DNA of 63,889 bases, filler included, from Cercozoa sp. M6MM (GCA_040357565.1; 9 parts of 9 records of this genome joined end to end with filler, not necessarily neighbours in it); one strand, 5' to 3'. Shown: positions 13,301 through 27,360, counted from the first letter of the whole stretch. Notes: a model not told the origin generated them from the letters alone. A program made the numbers and translations.

Positions 13301-15426
13301 TCGATGCACTTTCTCCGCGAGTCCTAGGAATGAAGTTGTAATTAACCTCCGCTTAGAGACACTGAAGAGTATATCATTTCAAACAATGTGACTTACGTAG
13401 AAGACGTCTTGACATACGCCGAAGGTAGCCAGTACTCCGAAAGTACGCAAGAAAAGGTGCATTTAGAATCGGTGACTCGATCGGGCTGTGTGGGACAAGT
13501 TCCGACCTACCAATTCGCGACGTTCCTTGCGCCTAGTTGTACGTTTGACGACTTTGCATGACAAAACCCGAACGCAAATCTACGACGCTCGGACTCTGAC
13601 TCACTTTGCCCTGCGCTTTTTCCGTTCTGGGTGTTATAGTAATATTTTTAACTTTTACACCCCCCAACTGCATCTGGTAGTTTTTTAGTAGCCTTAGACG
13701 CTCGAAGTCTTCCTGTTTCAGCCTGGGGCAGATTAGGTATAAAATTGACAAAAATACTTTGTTAGTGGTCGAACTGTCTGGTCAACTTTCCGCCTTCAGT
13801 TCGGCGCACGTTTCGCTAGTCCAGACAGCGATGTAGCACTGCGGTCACCTTTCCGTTCGTTGACATCGTTTTCCGCAGCGACCCGACTGGCGGGTTTAGC
13901 GCGCTCATTCTCCGAAAGACTAGATGCACCAAGTAGCGTGAGCCCCGTATCCCTTACTTATATCGCCCTTGCGCACCCATGGGAGAGAAAGTGAAACCGA
14001 AGTTGACTTGGGACGGATTATGTAAAACTTGTGATGATAACAGTTTCCCAGGGGGTTATAAGTACGTTGTTTTTGGCATGCCAAGCTCGTGGACGAACTA
14101 GAAAACAGAAAGAACCACGTCTTTCTAAACGGTAAAACAACTGTATCATGTTATTGCCTGTATTATCTGCAGCTTAAACACGGGAACAAAGACCACCAAC
14201 TCGAGACAACAAGCGAAAAAACATGTTCAGTGCAGACTTCGTGTTTCGGTCAACTGTAAATTAAAATTACGTTGTTTAAAACGGTAAGGTACGGGCTCGG
14301 TTTAAATACTAAGATGTGCGTAGACGCGCTCTTCTGCTGCCAGAACCTTTGAAAAGAAGTTTCAGAGAAAGCACCCTTCCGTCCGCCCCAAACGACGAAA
14401 AGTAGATTTGTTCATGCTACAGCGAACAAAAGGCGAGTGTGACGGTTGGGAGTCATCGCTTCTGCTGTCGCACGACGGAAGCACGGTGAAGTTACTTGCA
14501 GGACCGAAGGAGTGGCCTTCAACTTACAGAGAAGCGGCACGAAAGGCAAATCGACAATGCGCGCTGACAGAACACCGATCTGAAGGCCAAGACTCACGAC
14601 GACGGCTTTTGCGTGCAATGTTTCATGGCCGGCGGCGCAGTCAATGCCGCTGTGCCATGCGATTCGACCGTCTGCAAAAGACCAAACAAACTGCACTCCC
14701 GAATCATGGATGCACAATTTCGACGAGCAAAGCATCCAGTCATTGTGTAGACTGGTTGTACAACTCACAAGACGTATTGCGACTGTCGAAAATTCCAGAC
14801 GTGCGACGGCTGCATGTACCCGCAGATTCTGAGAACACGTTAAAAAGAGACAAGGCACATTGGCTTCGACAAATCGGTCCTAGTTGGCAACCACAAAAAG
14901 CGTCTCTTCCAAGTGCGAAGACAAAACGAGCCGGAGAGAGACGCGAAACCCATTTGCACGACATCCGTCATCCACCACCAAAAGCTCCAAAAGCCGTTCC
15001 CACACATCGACCAATCGCCAAAGAGGAAACTTCACTCCCAAGGTTGGATGTGAAGGACGGTGCTGACGGTAAATAGTTACATTTACATGCAGTTACTGTC
15101 CTAAATTTACATGCATGTCCCACACGGTATTTAATATTGTTGTTTGTACTGTAGCTGTTTCCCACATGATTAAGGTACCGACGAGGTCGACCTTGATTTG
15201 GCATCGCTCCAGCCACCCCCAAAAACGAGGGCCTTTGCTGCGTCTCTTCAAATCAATGAATGACCACTCAGCGTAGTAGACCCTGACTAATTTACTAGCT
15301 AGTATGCTATGAAACTGGATATGCTTATAAAGTCTGTATTCGCTCACAGTAGTAGAGCAGCTTTCGTTTGCCGGTGAGCATGGTCGAATTCGAACATTCC
15401 AGTGTCCATTTACTGTCACGCCGTGC

Positions 15427-17369
15427 TTAGAGATTGGACAAGCGGGTCACAATTAGCACTCTCAGTGTCTGTTTGCGAAAAGAGGCTTGATATTTGTAAA
15501 CTGTGCAGGACTGTAGGATGACATACCTGATCGAAAGAAGCTACGACCGCGAGACCGCATTTATCTCTATGCCACGCAAAGGATCGAATAGGCTGCTGCG
15601 CAACGTCGGCCTTGCCTGCCACAGGCTGCAATGTTCCTGTCCAAGCAAGCGTGTCTGACACAGCACCCACAACAAAATGCAGCAAAGAGCGCGTACCCGG
15701 AACGCCTCTTTTCTCGCCTGTTTGTTTGTCTTTAATGACTCGTTCGCGCGGGTACTTGTACTATCAGCCCAATTTGCTTGTGTACGTACAAGGTCAGGAA
15801 ACATGTCATTACCTTGTAAATAGTCAGTTCTCCATTGCCACCACAAGTCGCAAAAATATCCCTGTTCTGTGGCAAGTGTGCCGCCGTCCAAACCTACTCA
15901 AACAAATCTATCAATTTGCAGTTCGCTGGCCATTCGTAAAGTTAACCTACTGTGCCGCTGTGTGCTTTCCACAGAGTGTACGCGAAGCCCTCCTTTGCAA
16001 AATTTACCAATGCCCTTCCACAAGAGAGGTATGAGCATGTAATGGAATACCTGTTGGTGTAATGTGCGCAGATCGTAGACGCGAATTCGCGACTCCAATG
16101 TGGTCACCAGGAGTCTGAAAATCCAAACTTGCACCAGCCCACATACGGTATTAAATATACAAAGACCAAGGAGAGATGCACTTGTTCAGGGCAGTATCCT
16201 TGCGATCGAACTGCACTTTGCACACGCCATTCCGTGCGTTGCTGTGCCAGACCTGCACAGATATTCTTGTATGTGGGCATAGTTCGGTCCAGATTTTATT
16301 TGACCGCACCAACTTGGAAGTACGTAAACAAGCGAGTTTCACGTCTCCGTTGTCGAATCCTACAGGTTAAAATGTCGTATTTATGTAGGAACAGGGCGAC
16401 GTCCAAAGTTACCAGCCGCAAGAACGCGTTCCGATGCCGAGGTAGCACCTCCAAATGCGACTGTCCTGTCATTAGTGGGGCACATTATTGCCACCAGGTA
16501 GTGTTTTAAAAGCACCTACCAACAGTCGCGTCGCTGCTTTGCATCTTCTGGTTCCAAACACAGGACAGGACTGCGAGTTCGCGGATCCCACACGCGTACA
16601 CACCCGTCGCTTCCTCCTATGGTGGTTCAGATTTGTGCTGGTACCTATCCATCTGGTATACACGGTATGCACTACCTGTGACAATCTCAAGTGCACCAAC
16701 TCCTTCCATTGTTCCGCCTACGCAATCGATCGCGCCGACTCGACACTTTCTCCCACCTAAAAATCGCGAATACTTAGTACATTAAAGGGTTTCCTAGCTT
16801 TAGCACGGTCACCTTCTCTAGCATGCGCACGCACTCGAAATAGCGGCTGATCAAAACGCTCGACATCGAAAATGCTCAGGAAGCCATCAGAGTCGCCCAG
16901 CGCCACGTGCGTATCCCTGCGAAGCACGAGTTTAAGCATAAATTGGAATTCGGACATTGGGGAATATTTGCAGAGCTCCGTACTGTACCGAACAAAGGTG
17001 CTACATGTGATTCCATTTGGAACGCTGTGTGACGAAACAAGGTGACACCTGCATTCAGCTGACGCGCGTAAATTTTGTCATATTGAAACTTAGACACCTG
17101 CAGTTGCACACACATACCGACTGTCTCGCAGCTGATATATTTGCACAATTCCCTCATCGTTGGGTTTCGTTCCAGCTGATAAGAACGACGCGGTCCCGGG
17201 TACCCATTGCACATCGCCGGTTCTACACAATGATTGATTTAACATGCAAGAGATATGCGGTATTTCTACGACGTGAGAAGCTAACGCACGTGTACTGGAC
17301 GCGCTGGCAGTGATATTCGGCGAACTGGGGTGCTGTGAGTGAATCGGCCCGACTGGTTTCACCAATCAT
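15427..17369 (-). CDS. WDR92: WD repeat protein 92 (dynein axonemal assembly factor 10)
   Basis: WVPGTASF, HVALGDSDGFLSIFDVER, NGVCKVQFDRKD, LVTTLESRIRVYDLRT, RHLPQNRDIFATCGGNG and AQQPIRSFAWHRDKCGLAVVASFDQ|TLRVLIVTRLSNL* follow WDR92 in order. Confidence 0.9.
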
Positions 17370-17781
17370 TGCAAAATATTGCTGGGCGATTCTTGACAAG
17401 CTCAATGCAGCCGTTCTGGTGACTGAAGCGCCTAATTTGTGATGGCACGACGTTTGAAAAGCCCCAGAAGGTAAAGTACAACTCCAAAAAAGTTTGTATT
17501 CGTGGCACAAAACAAAACCAAAAACAGAAAAACTGGACGGCAGTACGACAGTGTCGTACTGGTAAAACGTAGACTTCTAAACAACTAATTTTGTATCTAA
17601 TTTAAAATGCATCTTGAAACGCGCAGATGACTAGTCAAAACGCGTCCTAGTTCACTGTCCGAGTCGCTCAACTACACCGAAACACCAACTCGGACATTCG
17701 CTCCACAACTCGCTGCCCACCACAGCTCGACTTATATATTACTCGAGCCTTGGCCAGTAGGTTAGCCTCTTTCGACTAACG

Positions 17782-19023
17782 ATGCTGCTCAAGCTTGTTT
17801 TAGTGTCGTCTGCGACGCTTGCGTAAGTTCTGAGTACCAGCCTGTCTGAACTTGTATTGATTGTATATTTAGACATGCCGGAGGCTACAAATACAGAGCG
17901 AAGGCATCGTTGGCTCCGCCAGAATTGGTCGCAGCAACGTCAGGAACGCAAAAGCTGTTCGTCACGGCAAAGGTGGTAGTTGGCGCAAGACTACAGAACG
18001 ATGACACGGCGAAAAGCATTGTATTGCGTTCACTTGGCGATACGCTCAGGTAACGTGGCAACTGAACGTATTATCGACGTGTGAGGGACCGTGATTTTTG
18101 GCTCATTAGTTCCATAAAAGACAAAGTTGATGTCGAAAACGGCGAAGTGACAGTCAGCGATGCGCGTTTTTGGATGCCATTGTACCCTTCGGAAGACGGT
18201 AAAAGCTCAACTCTCTATACGTAGCTCTCCCAGTTGCGGACAGATGATAATGCAGACGCACCTCTCGTGTCCATTTGGGCATCGGTGGCGATACGTTGCC
18301 AAGAGGACTGCAACTCTGCACAAGAAACACTACGGTGCGCTGTGTTTCGAAAGGAGACTGCTTTCCTCGTTGTGGAGTCGGTCGACATCCTTCCCGCGGC
18401 TAAAAAGAACACCATGATGCAATTGAGCAGTCAGTCTGGCAAGGAAGTGCGTGTGACAAGCGAGCCGTTTCCAGTGCAACCAATGTGTCGCGTCGCGCTC
18501 AATCTCGATGATTCAAGTGTTGAGAAGAGAAAGAACGAGTACTGGCTGGGCGAGCTTCCCGTGGCAAATGCCGGATGCAACGTCGGTCCCGAGCGGTGGT
18601 CTACTCGGAAGACACAAATGCCTCTCTCTTGCCGATCTGTACAGACAGTTCTACATTGACGTGGGGGATACGTATGTTCTGCTCTTGTACAGAGGTGCTT
18701 CCCCCGTCAAGAAGCAGATACGTACCGAGTGCTATGTTTCACGGACCAAGTGCGAATCACCAACAGTACTGTTGCTGCACTCACAAAGCATCCCTGTCTA
18801 TAATCGCTGTTGTTGGAATCTGAAGAGGGTGAGGCAACGATACGCGCGGCCGCTATGGTGCGCGAGAGACAACTTGTTAGGTAAGAATTTACACTTAAAC
18901 TGCAGCATCTTTGCACTGATCACGCACTGGTTTTCCCTTTCACAGACTGACAGAAAACACTGCTGAAAACGAGAACAAGATCGCGCAATTGTAAACAAAG
19001 TCAACACATGAGCATTCATTCTC

Positions 19024-19099
<76 letters not shown>

Positions 19100-19199
19100 N
19101 NNNNNNNNNNNNNNNNNNNNNNNNNNNNNNNNNNNNNNNNNNNNNNNNNNNNNNNNNNNNNNNNNNNNNNNNNNNNNNNNNNNNNNNNNNNNNNNNNNN

Positions 19200-19242
<43 letters not shown>

Positions 19243-21206
19243 AGGCGACGGAAAAACAGATACTCGACGAAATGCAAACCCAACGCGCACGTGTCGCCGG
19301 AAGCACTGGTACTCCTGTATCAAGACGTGGACAAGCAACGAAGTGATGTTTTTCTGTGTTAGAGGCGGAACTGAAGAAGCAAGCGGACGATCGGTTGCGA
19401 GAGTTGGGTCTGAAAAGTACAGATTTAGCTTTCAACCTTCAGATTTCGTGATTCTGTATCGATACCTTGCATCCAAAGTGCACAACAACGCCGAAGTTCT
19501 ACATTCTCTTCGCCGAGATATCGTGTCTTTTAATTTTGCGACACACTGTGCATTGAGTGGTCTACGAATCATGTATCTTTGTGTCCAGTCCGGAGAGCGC
19601 GAGAATCTAGAGAAACTGAAATTACTTCGCGAGTTCCTCGGTGATGTATCAAAGCCAGTGACACTTCAGCTAAAGGAAAGTCGGCTGATTGAGGCCGGAG
19701 CATTGGCCACCACAGCGATTCTCTCGGTTTGTCAAATGCATTCAAAGGAAACTCCAGGAGTATTTTGGAGCGTAATACGAGTATGTGCGAGCAGAAAGAA
19801 ACTGCTCCAAAAGAAAAAGAGGAGGAAACGAAGCCGGTGATTCCAGAAGAAAGCAAGACTGGCGAGCAAGAAGGAACGAAATACGAGGTGATAGAAGCTA
19901 AAGAGACGCTGACAGAGGCTAAGAAAACGAAACCGACGATACCCTTAGCAGTCAAGAAGGTTAGTGAGGAAAAGACAACGAAAGCTGCAGAAGAAGAGAC
20001 ACGGAAGGCAGCTGTGCGAGTGGCAGAAAAGACGAGTAAAGCACCTACCCAAAAAGAGGCGCAACTGGAGAAGGTACCCTTGCCCGTTCCGTTGGATGCC
20101 GTCTTTGCGTCGTTGCCGCTGATTCGTACGTTTTTTCATCGCTGCACAATGGCACATCTTTGATCTGTGTTTGGTAAAAATGAATATACACTCCTTGACG
20201 TAGTCGAGATCAACGTACCTCCCGACGGCAGCGTACACGAAGACGTTGTCACTGTGCTACAACACTTTCCCCTGATGCACAAGATCATGAAAGACGGTAT
20301 TGCACAACAACTGGTGTTGAAGATTTCAGTTTTGTACCTAAACAGACCGAGTGGTCGTCAACGACCTCTCCTTCCATGCCGTGAATGCGACTCTCACAGT
20401 GCGTTATTTCTCGATGATGTTCTTTTGGAACGAATTTTGTTTGATACTGTTGCACTCAGGCATGGGTGCACATGAAAGTGACACTGTGGCTACGCGACGA
20501 GTAAGTTCCGTTGCTCGTATCAAAACTGAAATCTATTTCTTGAGCAGAGATGGTGGGCGTCGACGCGAAATAATCCAAGCCATGCGTGAAGTGCAAACGC
20601 GCTCGCTGGGGGACGTAGAGGGATTGACTCTTGTCAAGAGACTCCACGATTCCACCGTGCGTATGAAATTGTGAGTTTACCTTCTCCTTCTGCTTTACAC
20701 AAAGCCTTTTTCACGTTCATTTGAAAACTGTACCACAGCGACCTCGAGAACGAAAACAACCTGCACAGGATCGACGCCAAGCTCGCAGCCATCGCGGACG
20801 CCTCACCTGTCCGTGTTTTGCAAAGAGAATGTAATGCGACCTTTTGTGCGTGTACTACGTTGCAGGAGCAAACACCTGACGCCATACGAGAGTGGCAGCG
20901 TTTGAGTGACTCGGTGTTCGGTGGGCGCACGCAACAGCCCGACCTCAATACTGTCAAGGTAGTACATCACCTTGATAATGTGTTCACTCTTCACGGCGTA
21001 CCCTGAATGCACGCCGTGACGTTTAGATGTCGCAATTGAGCTTCCGCGTGCAACTTCAACGGTATACTGTTTCGCATCCGTGTATACAGTCGAGTAAATT
21101 GTGGTCACTGGCAGAAAACACAACGACGCTGTGGTGTCACCCAAACAAATCGATCTCTGCGGCTTGGCTGCTCTCGCAGAGTTGTATTTTTTCTCTTATT
21201 ATAGTA

Positions 21207-21258
<52 letters not shown>

Positions 21259-21414
21259 TGTGTGTTTAGTGACCAACTCCAAGATGCCAACTGCGACGAT
21301 GAGGGTCTTTTGCGGTGTTGGCCCTCGGTACAGCTGCCGCATCGACTGAGCAACGCCGACGTAGCCGCACAAGTACACGCAAAAGGTTTCCTTTCAAGTA
21401 GCTTTTGGCTGTGC

Positions 21415-21469
<55 letters not shown>

Positions 21470-22547
21470 CGTGTGTCTCCACATGTTTCTCATCATTGCC
21501 AGACAAACAACTCAAGCTAGTCATGCGAGAGTACAAGCGCGTCAATGCGACAATTTCTCTTACTTGTGTGGATACTGCAGCCACTAACTTGCACGTTTCT
21601 TCTGTGGTACACAGAGTGCTACCCAAGTTACTACTCACATGTCTATACGTGCATGTGTGTGTGTGTGTGTGTGTGACTGTGTATGTGTGTATAGGAGTCG
21701 CGGCTTACTCCAACGAAGCTGTGCCGGTTTGCGAGTGTGCTAAATAAACGAGGCGTGCGGCGGAACAAAGGATCGCATTGCGAGGTTCTGGAACATGCCT
21801 TGATGGCAATATCCGACATCGTGCTCAAACCTGTGGAATCTGGTACATCTGTGAATTATAGAGTACATCTCTATAACATGAACTGTTGAATACTGCGTCA
21901 CCAGTAGAGACTGCACTAAAACTAAACCTGTCGCGTCGCTTCATTGCATCTAGTGACACTCTGACTGTTCTTAAGACGGCTACAGCAAAGGCACAAGGGG
22001 AGGAAGGCACAGTGGAAAGAGGTGAAAGCGAAGGCGATCAAGAAAACACTCAATTCACAGAAGCGGTAAGAAAAAGCCGGTTGCATTTCTTGCAACTTCT
22101 CGGCTGTCTTCAAACCCATATACGATCCTATCGTATACCCGTAGACCGTAGCAGGACGCAACACTATTCAAGAAGTCGCTCGACACTTTGGTATTGACGG
22201 TTCTGAGAAGCTTGTATTGCCCGGCGTATCATTCTCCTGCTGGACAGGAGCTCACGGAGAAGTATCCGACAGTGAAGCACTGGCGAGTGGCGAAAGACTG
22301 CAACAGGAAGCCCAGCAGGTATCGGAGTACTAGCCAACCTTGTGTACAAATTCACCACCTATTCATGTCTTGGTCAGGGCAAAAAACTCCCTCTCTGGGG
22401 CTGGGTGTTGGTGCTTGCCATTGCACTGTGTGCGCTTATTGCCATCTTGTACTTCCTTCTCAAGTAGCATCGTTGCAAATATTCTTGCAAAAGAGTCGCT
22501 TAGTTGATTTGCTAGTCTACTATGTAAGGCCACATAACTCTCGTTAG
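17782..22547 (+). CDS. Large multi-exon hypothetical protein with a Lys/Glu-rich linker
   Basis: A chain of plus-strand exon-like ORFs bounded by GT/AG with intervening (TG)n. K/E-rich segment at 19790-20070. No family recognised; both ends approximate and it could be more than one gene. Confidence 0.4.
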
Positions 22548-22756
22548 CGCAGTGCGTGGTAACCAGGACTGGATTTTGGAGCCAGTAACCCAACGCTGCT
22601 TTTGAAAGAAGTTTCACAAGCTGCAAAACGCCTTGGCGTTTCCTGTCTATTTAAGCACTAATTTGCAGTTTATTTAGACCAGGCACTTGTGCACGCATGT
22701 TTTCTGATGTCCAACAGGTGTGGGCTAGCAATGCGGCAGAGTTTTTTTTTTTTTTT

Positions 22757-22856
22757 NNNNNNNNNNNNNNNNNNNNNNNNNNNNNNNNNNNNNNNNNNNN
22801 TTAATTAATTAANNNNNNNNNNNNNNNNNNNNNNNNNNNNNNNNNNNNNNNNNNNN
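22757..22856. other. Artificial contig-joining linker (N run-TTAATTAATTAA-N run), first of eight
   Basis: The same all-frame-stop 12-mer within Ns occurs at 22801, 27244, 31912, 34286, 39797, 50953, 55558 and 62709, and genes are truncated at these points. Confidence 0.97.
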
Positions 22857-22923
22857 GGGGGGGGGGGGTAACACAGTAATTACTACAGTACAGTGACACA
22901 ATGTACACATATACGCATTTTAC

Positions 22924-25399
22924 CGGTCTTCGGTTCCTGTGCCGCCGACGATGTCAAGGAACCACTTGGCGAGCGCCTGCGGCGGGTTCTGGGCGAACTC
23001 GACGGCGAACTCCACAAACTGCAGCGTGGGCTCCTCGAGTTCTTCGTCTTTCGCGTACTTGGACAAGGCGGCAACAAAGATGTCACGGAGACTCCCTTCG
23101 GCAGCATGATCAAGGCAGCGAAGAAACTTTGGCGACGACTGTGCGAGTAGCTGGACCAGCCACTGTTTCTGTTGGACGTCGCCATTGACGGCGCGAAGCT
23201 TCTGGAGCGTCTCTGAAATTGTCACGTGCTTCACTATTTCGTCTTTTTCGCGTGCCGGTTTGGAAAACGCCGACACCAGTAACTCCTTGCACAAGCCGTC
23301 GCCTTTCGTTTCCGCTGCAATCACGGCGAGTAGGTCGTCTTCCTCCTGCTGTTGGTAGGCTTGCAGCACATCACCGTCTCGCGCTCGATCGAAGGCCACC
23401 GCGAGCCGAACAAGTGCGAGCTCGTCGGTTCCGAGTCCGCTGCACGCACGTTTGACTTCTGTGGCAAGCAGGTGCTCTGTCGGAGATAGTAGGGCCAGCA
23501 GGAGGTTTTCGAATTGGCCACGTGTTTCTCCTACGCAAACAACGCATTATAGTGTTCGTTTGTACAGCTATAGCGACCGTATCCGATGTTATGTATCTAT
23601 GTACCCTCGAGATCCTCCTTCAGGTCCCGATCAAAGGCTGACTTGTACGCCTTATCGATCTCCAGACGCTGTTGCAACGTACGCGTACCCAGGATAGCGA
23701 CGATGGAATCTTCGTCCGTTCCTATGGAGCCACGTGTATACCAGTACTAGTCACATTACTCACACGCAAGCTGCACCTGATGTACTGTGTAAGTAGTAAA
23801 AAGGAGATTTACCCATCCCTTTCATCGCCTTGCGCAGCACTTCGGCGTCACTGGCAGCGTCCATGGTTTCGACCGGAACAAGAGTGGGAGCTTTCTCAAT
23901 CTTCTCCAAAGTATGCGCAAGCGGATCCTCCGCCGGCTTCTGTCGCCGTCTCTCCTCCTCGTCAATGCGCTTTTGTTCCTCTCTTTGTTTTGCTTCTTCT
24001 CGAAGTTTCTCTTCTTCCTTTCGTTTCGCTTCCTTTTTCCGTTTCTCTTCGTCCTTTCGTTTCTCTTCGTCCTTTCGTTTCTCTTCTTCCTTTCGTTTCT
24101 CTTCTTCCTTTCTCTCTTCCTCTCGCTGCTGCTGTTCCTGTTCCTTTCGTTGCTTCTGCTCTTCACGCTGCTCAGTGTGCGCTTCAGCAACGTGTTTTTC
24201 CTCCTTGTCTTCTGAAGGAAGTCATTCAATGTTTTGACAGTACAAGCACTAACTGCTGCAGGCATTGTCCAACGGCAGATTATACCTTGTTCAGCCTCAC
24301 TGGGCTTCTCGCTGGCAGTGGCAGACGATTGCCGTTTCACGATTTGTTCGTTAATTTCCTCTTGGTCGCGGAGCCAAACCGAATGATCCCTCTTCTTGTA
24401 CACTTGCTTGAGGGATTCCACTGCTGCATCGCGACGTCGCAGGTTCTCAGAAACGCCAATTTGGGGGACTCCGTGTTTTTTGAGGAGGTACTGCAGCATT
24501 TCGTCATCCAGCGAGTGTAGCCACGCCGCAGCTTCATCAGTCTCAATGTCGTAACGAATCTCCGACTCCCTTTCAACCGAAGCTTGCTCGTGTTCAGCTT
24601 TTGCTCGAGAAGAAGCTTCAACCGCTCGAATGTACTTCTTTGCTCGTTGCAGAGCGATGGGATCACGCGAAAGTCTTTCCACAAGCGTCTTTTGGATGTC
24701 TTCTCTCGAAGCTCGAGCAGCCTGCAGTTCCTTCGGATCGACGAAGTTCTCCGCAAGGTGCACAACAACGTCATCGCTATAGTCACTCAGCCAATCGTGA
24801 AGCAGTGCCTTCGCCTCATCTGGAGAATAGCGGCCCGGTTGGCCCTGCACTTCGTGAGGGCTTTTTGTTCGGAGTCTGTGAGCAGAGTAGATTCGAGGAA
24901 AAGGCATGTCAGGTGGCACGAAGAGAGGACGGTTCTGCTGAACGAGACGGGGGAGTTCAACGGGCTGTTCGAACTTCAGCACACCTTCGACATTGCGCAA
25001 CCGTCGAGCAATCGCTTGATTCTCGAGTGCGATAGCACGCTCTCGGTCACGCTCGTAGGGACTTTTCTCGAATCGAGACATACGTTGCGGCGAGTACACC
25101 CGTTTCGTTTGTTTCGCTTCCCGTTCCGTGGTCTCACCGAGCCGGAGTTTCGCTTCGCTCGTCGCAATCGCGGGAGTTGGCTGTTTCGACTGAGTACCGG
25201 TACCTGGACCACGCTTGCGCATACGCTGCTCTTTCGAGGCGTGACACGACCAATCAGGTTCTTTGTGCCAGCAGTCAATCGAAGGGCGCACCTCGCGAAT
25301 AGCCTTGATATGCTTCGCTCTTTCGCGCTTCTTCTTCATACGGTCCTCGAATGGCCGCGACGGGCAAAAGACCTGCGGCAGGTTGCGTACGGTGTACAT
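22924..25399 (-). CDS. Annexin with long N-terminal extension (CFAP97/KIAA1430-like region plus charged coiled coil); 3' truncated
   Basis: Spliced annexin repeats DAEVLRKAMKGMG|TDEDSIVAILGTRTLQQRLEIDKAYKSAFDRDLKEDLEG|ETRGQFENLLLALL, ACSGLGTDE and GGTGTED are in frame with the long first exon starting at 25399. Confidence 0.8.
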
Positions 25400-26183
25400 G
25401 TGCCGCCTAGATCATAGGCAACTCGTACACTAGGTTTTAAAGAACCAGAGAGGACTCTGAATCACACAACCCTGTCGAGCTGTCACAGGAACGTTTCGTC
25501 GGGTGACTCTATAGAGAGAAACGCCTCCAGTTGCAGCCGACAGTCGACACCATCCGCAAAGTGCCCTTTGGTCCATATGTCAGTATCTGTGGCTCTCAGT
25601 ACAGTTTCTGCAGCAGCCTGGAGCGCACTGGAGTTGGAGTCGAACTATCGATATTTTACAATACTCGTACTGGCATAATGCCGTTCCCTTAAGTCACCAG
25701 CCTCAAGCCACATTACCCAATCCCCCACTACCTAAACACTGCACTCACTCCAGTATTAGAAAAAAAAAGTTCTCCTGTCTGAACACTTCTTCGTTCCGGC
25801 CGAGCAATGACCGAGCAATGACCGAGCAATGACCCGGCTGCCAGCCAACCCGGCAACGGTTTCACTATCACCGCCACATCACCACTGAGAACTGCTTCTT
25901 CTACGTTGTGTACATGCACAATTGTGACAGTCTGCCCGTCAGCTCGGAAAACGACAGGACGGTTGTGCGGGTAGTTCTTGGGCCGAGCGAGCGTTTCCGG
26001 GACTAGTTGTTGCTGAGTCAACTTCCGCGATCACTCAGCTACATTCATCAATCTGACCACCCCGGTGTGCACGATTAAAGTTTTAGGTGTGCACTTAGAC
26101 GTCAGTACTTTAGGATAGCGGCGCTCGCGGCGCTAAAGAGATCGCGCGAGTGCCAAATCGTCTGCGCAGGCGTTTCAGTATAA

Positions 26184-27133
26184 ATGATGTGCGTGCGAGT
26201 GCGCATGTGCATGTGGGCCCAAATATGCCTGCTTGCACTGCTAGCTCTGTCGACACACACCTTTGCGCTGTACCTTCCCACCTTTCGTTTGTGTGCTGAC
26301 TGAAGGAGCACTTTCTTTTGGTGCAACAGGGACAACGTCGACCTTGCGAACGGCGTTTTGTGCGACGTTCGCATGTGGGTAACGTATATACATACAGAAT
26401 TATTATTTTAGGTATATACATTCACGTTGATATACTCACGCTTTCACGGTCTGAACTGAGCAGGGAGACTTTAAGACCCGCTCGGTGAAGAATGTGTTTG
26501 GCAATTACTACGTGCCGCGCGGCGTGGTGTCGGACCCGCTGAATCTCACTGAGATTGACACTCAGGTCAGTTACTCAGTTGACATGTCGTTTTCTCAACC
26601 AGTAAAACAACTTCAGGTGCCGCTGATGATTTCGACCGTTGTGCCGCGAGAGGCGCCAATCGACTACTACGCCGTTGTCGACTCGGACCAGCGTGGCTTC
26701 CACCCACTGCTGACTGACCCGGACGTCGTGCCCGACTACGACTTGTTCTGCTATTCGAAGGGATGGTTCGGAGTGCAAGTCGAGGAGGACTGTTCTGAGG
26801 TCGCAAGTTTCACACGCTTTCGCGGCATGATTGACTTTAGCGACCTGAGCGAAGGATGCGCCACGAGATTGTTTCACGTGTTCGCCAATCCGGATGTATC
26901 GATGAAGTTACACTTCAAACATATCTATATTCTCTATGTTTTCATGTTGTGCCCAACTTGTTAGGACTCTGGCCATCTTAATCTCTTCCGAATCGGTACC
27001 AAGTTAATATGGTGATATCTCGGTGTCTTGGGAATGAGCAAGCTGTCTTGTAAACGCAGATCCAAGCACTCGCCAAGTTGTGCAAGTACCAACGCTAAAC
27101 GACAAGTTTCTGCAACGAGCGTCCGGGCGCACC
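26184..27133 (+). CDS. Hypothetical protein with predicted signal peptide; 3' truncated
   Basis: MCMWAQICLLALLALSTHTFA splices in frame into the long exon at 26464-26895 and two further exons before the gap. Confidence 0.5.
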
Positions 27134-27360
27134 GTAAGTCACACACACACGCACACACACACACACACACACTCACACACACACACACACACACACACAN
27201 NNNNNNNNNNNNNNNNNNNNNNNNNNNNNNNNNNNNNNNNNNNTTAATTAATTAANNNNNNNNNNNNNNNNNNNNNNNNNNNNNNNNNNNNNNNNNNNNG
27301 TACTATTCTACCGTCCATATGGACAAACGCACACACAAGCACACACCTCTTGTTGCACAG

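Noticed and set aside
14408-15076. 222-aa ORF as a gene
   Set aside because: No recognisable motifs and no resolvable exon structure; left unannotated.
26379-26463. Internal TTTTAG|GTAT in an intron as a recursive splice site
   Set aside because: A single instance with a 33-nt first piece; chance occurrence is likely without junction reads.
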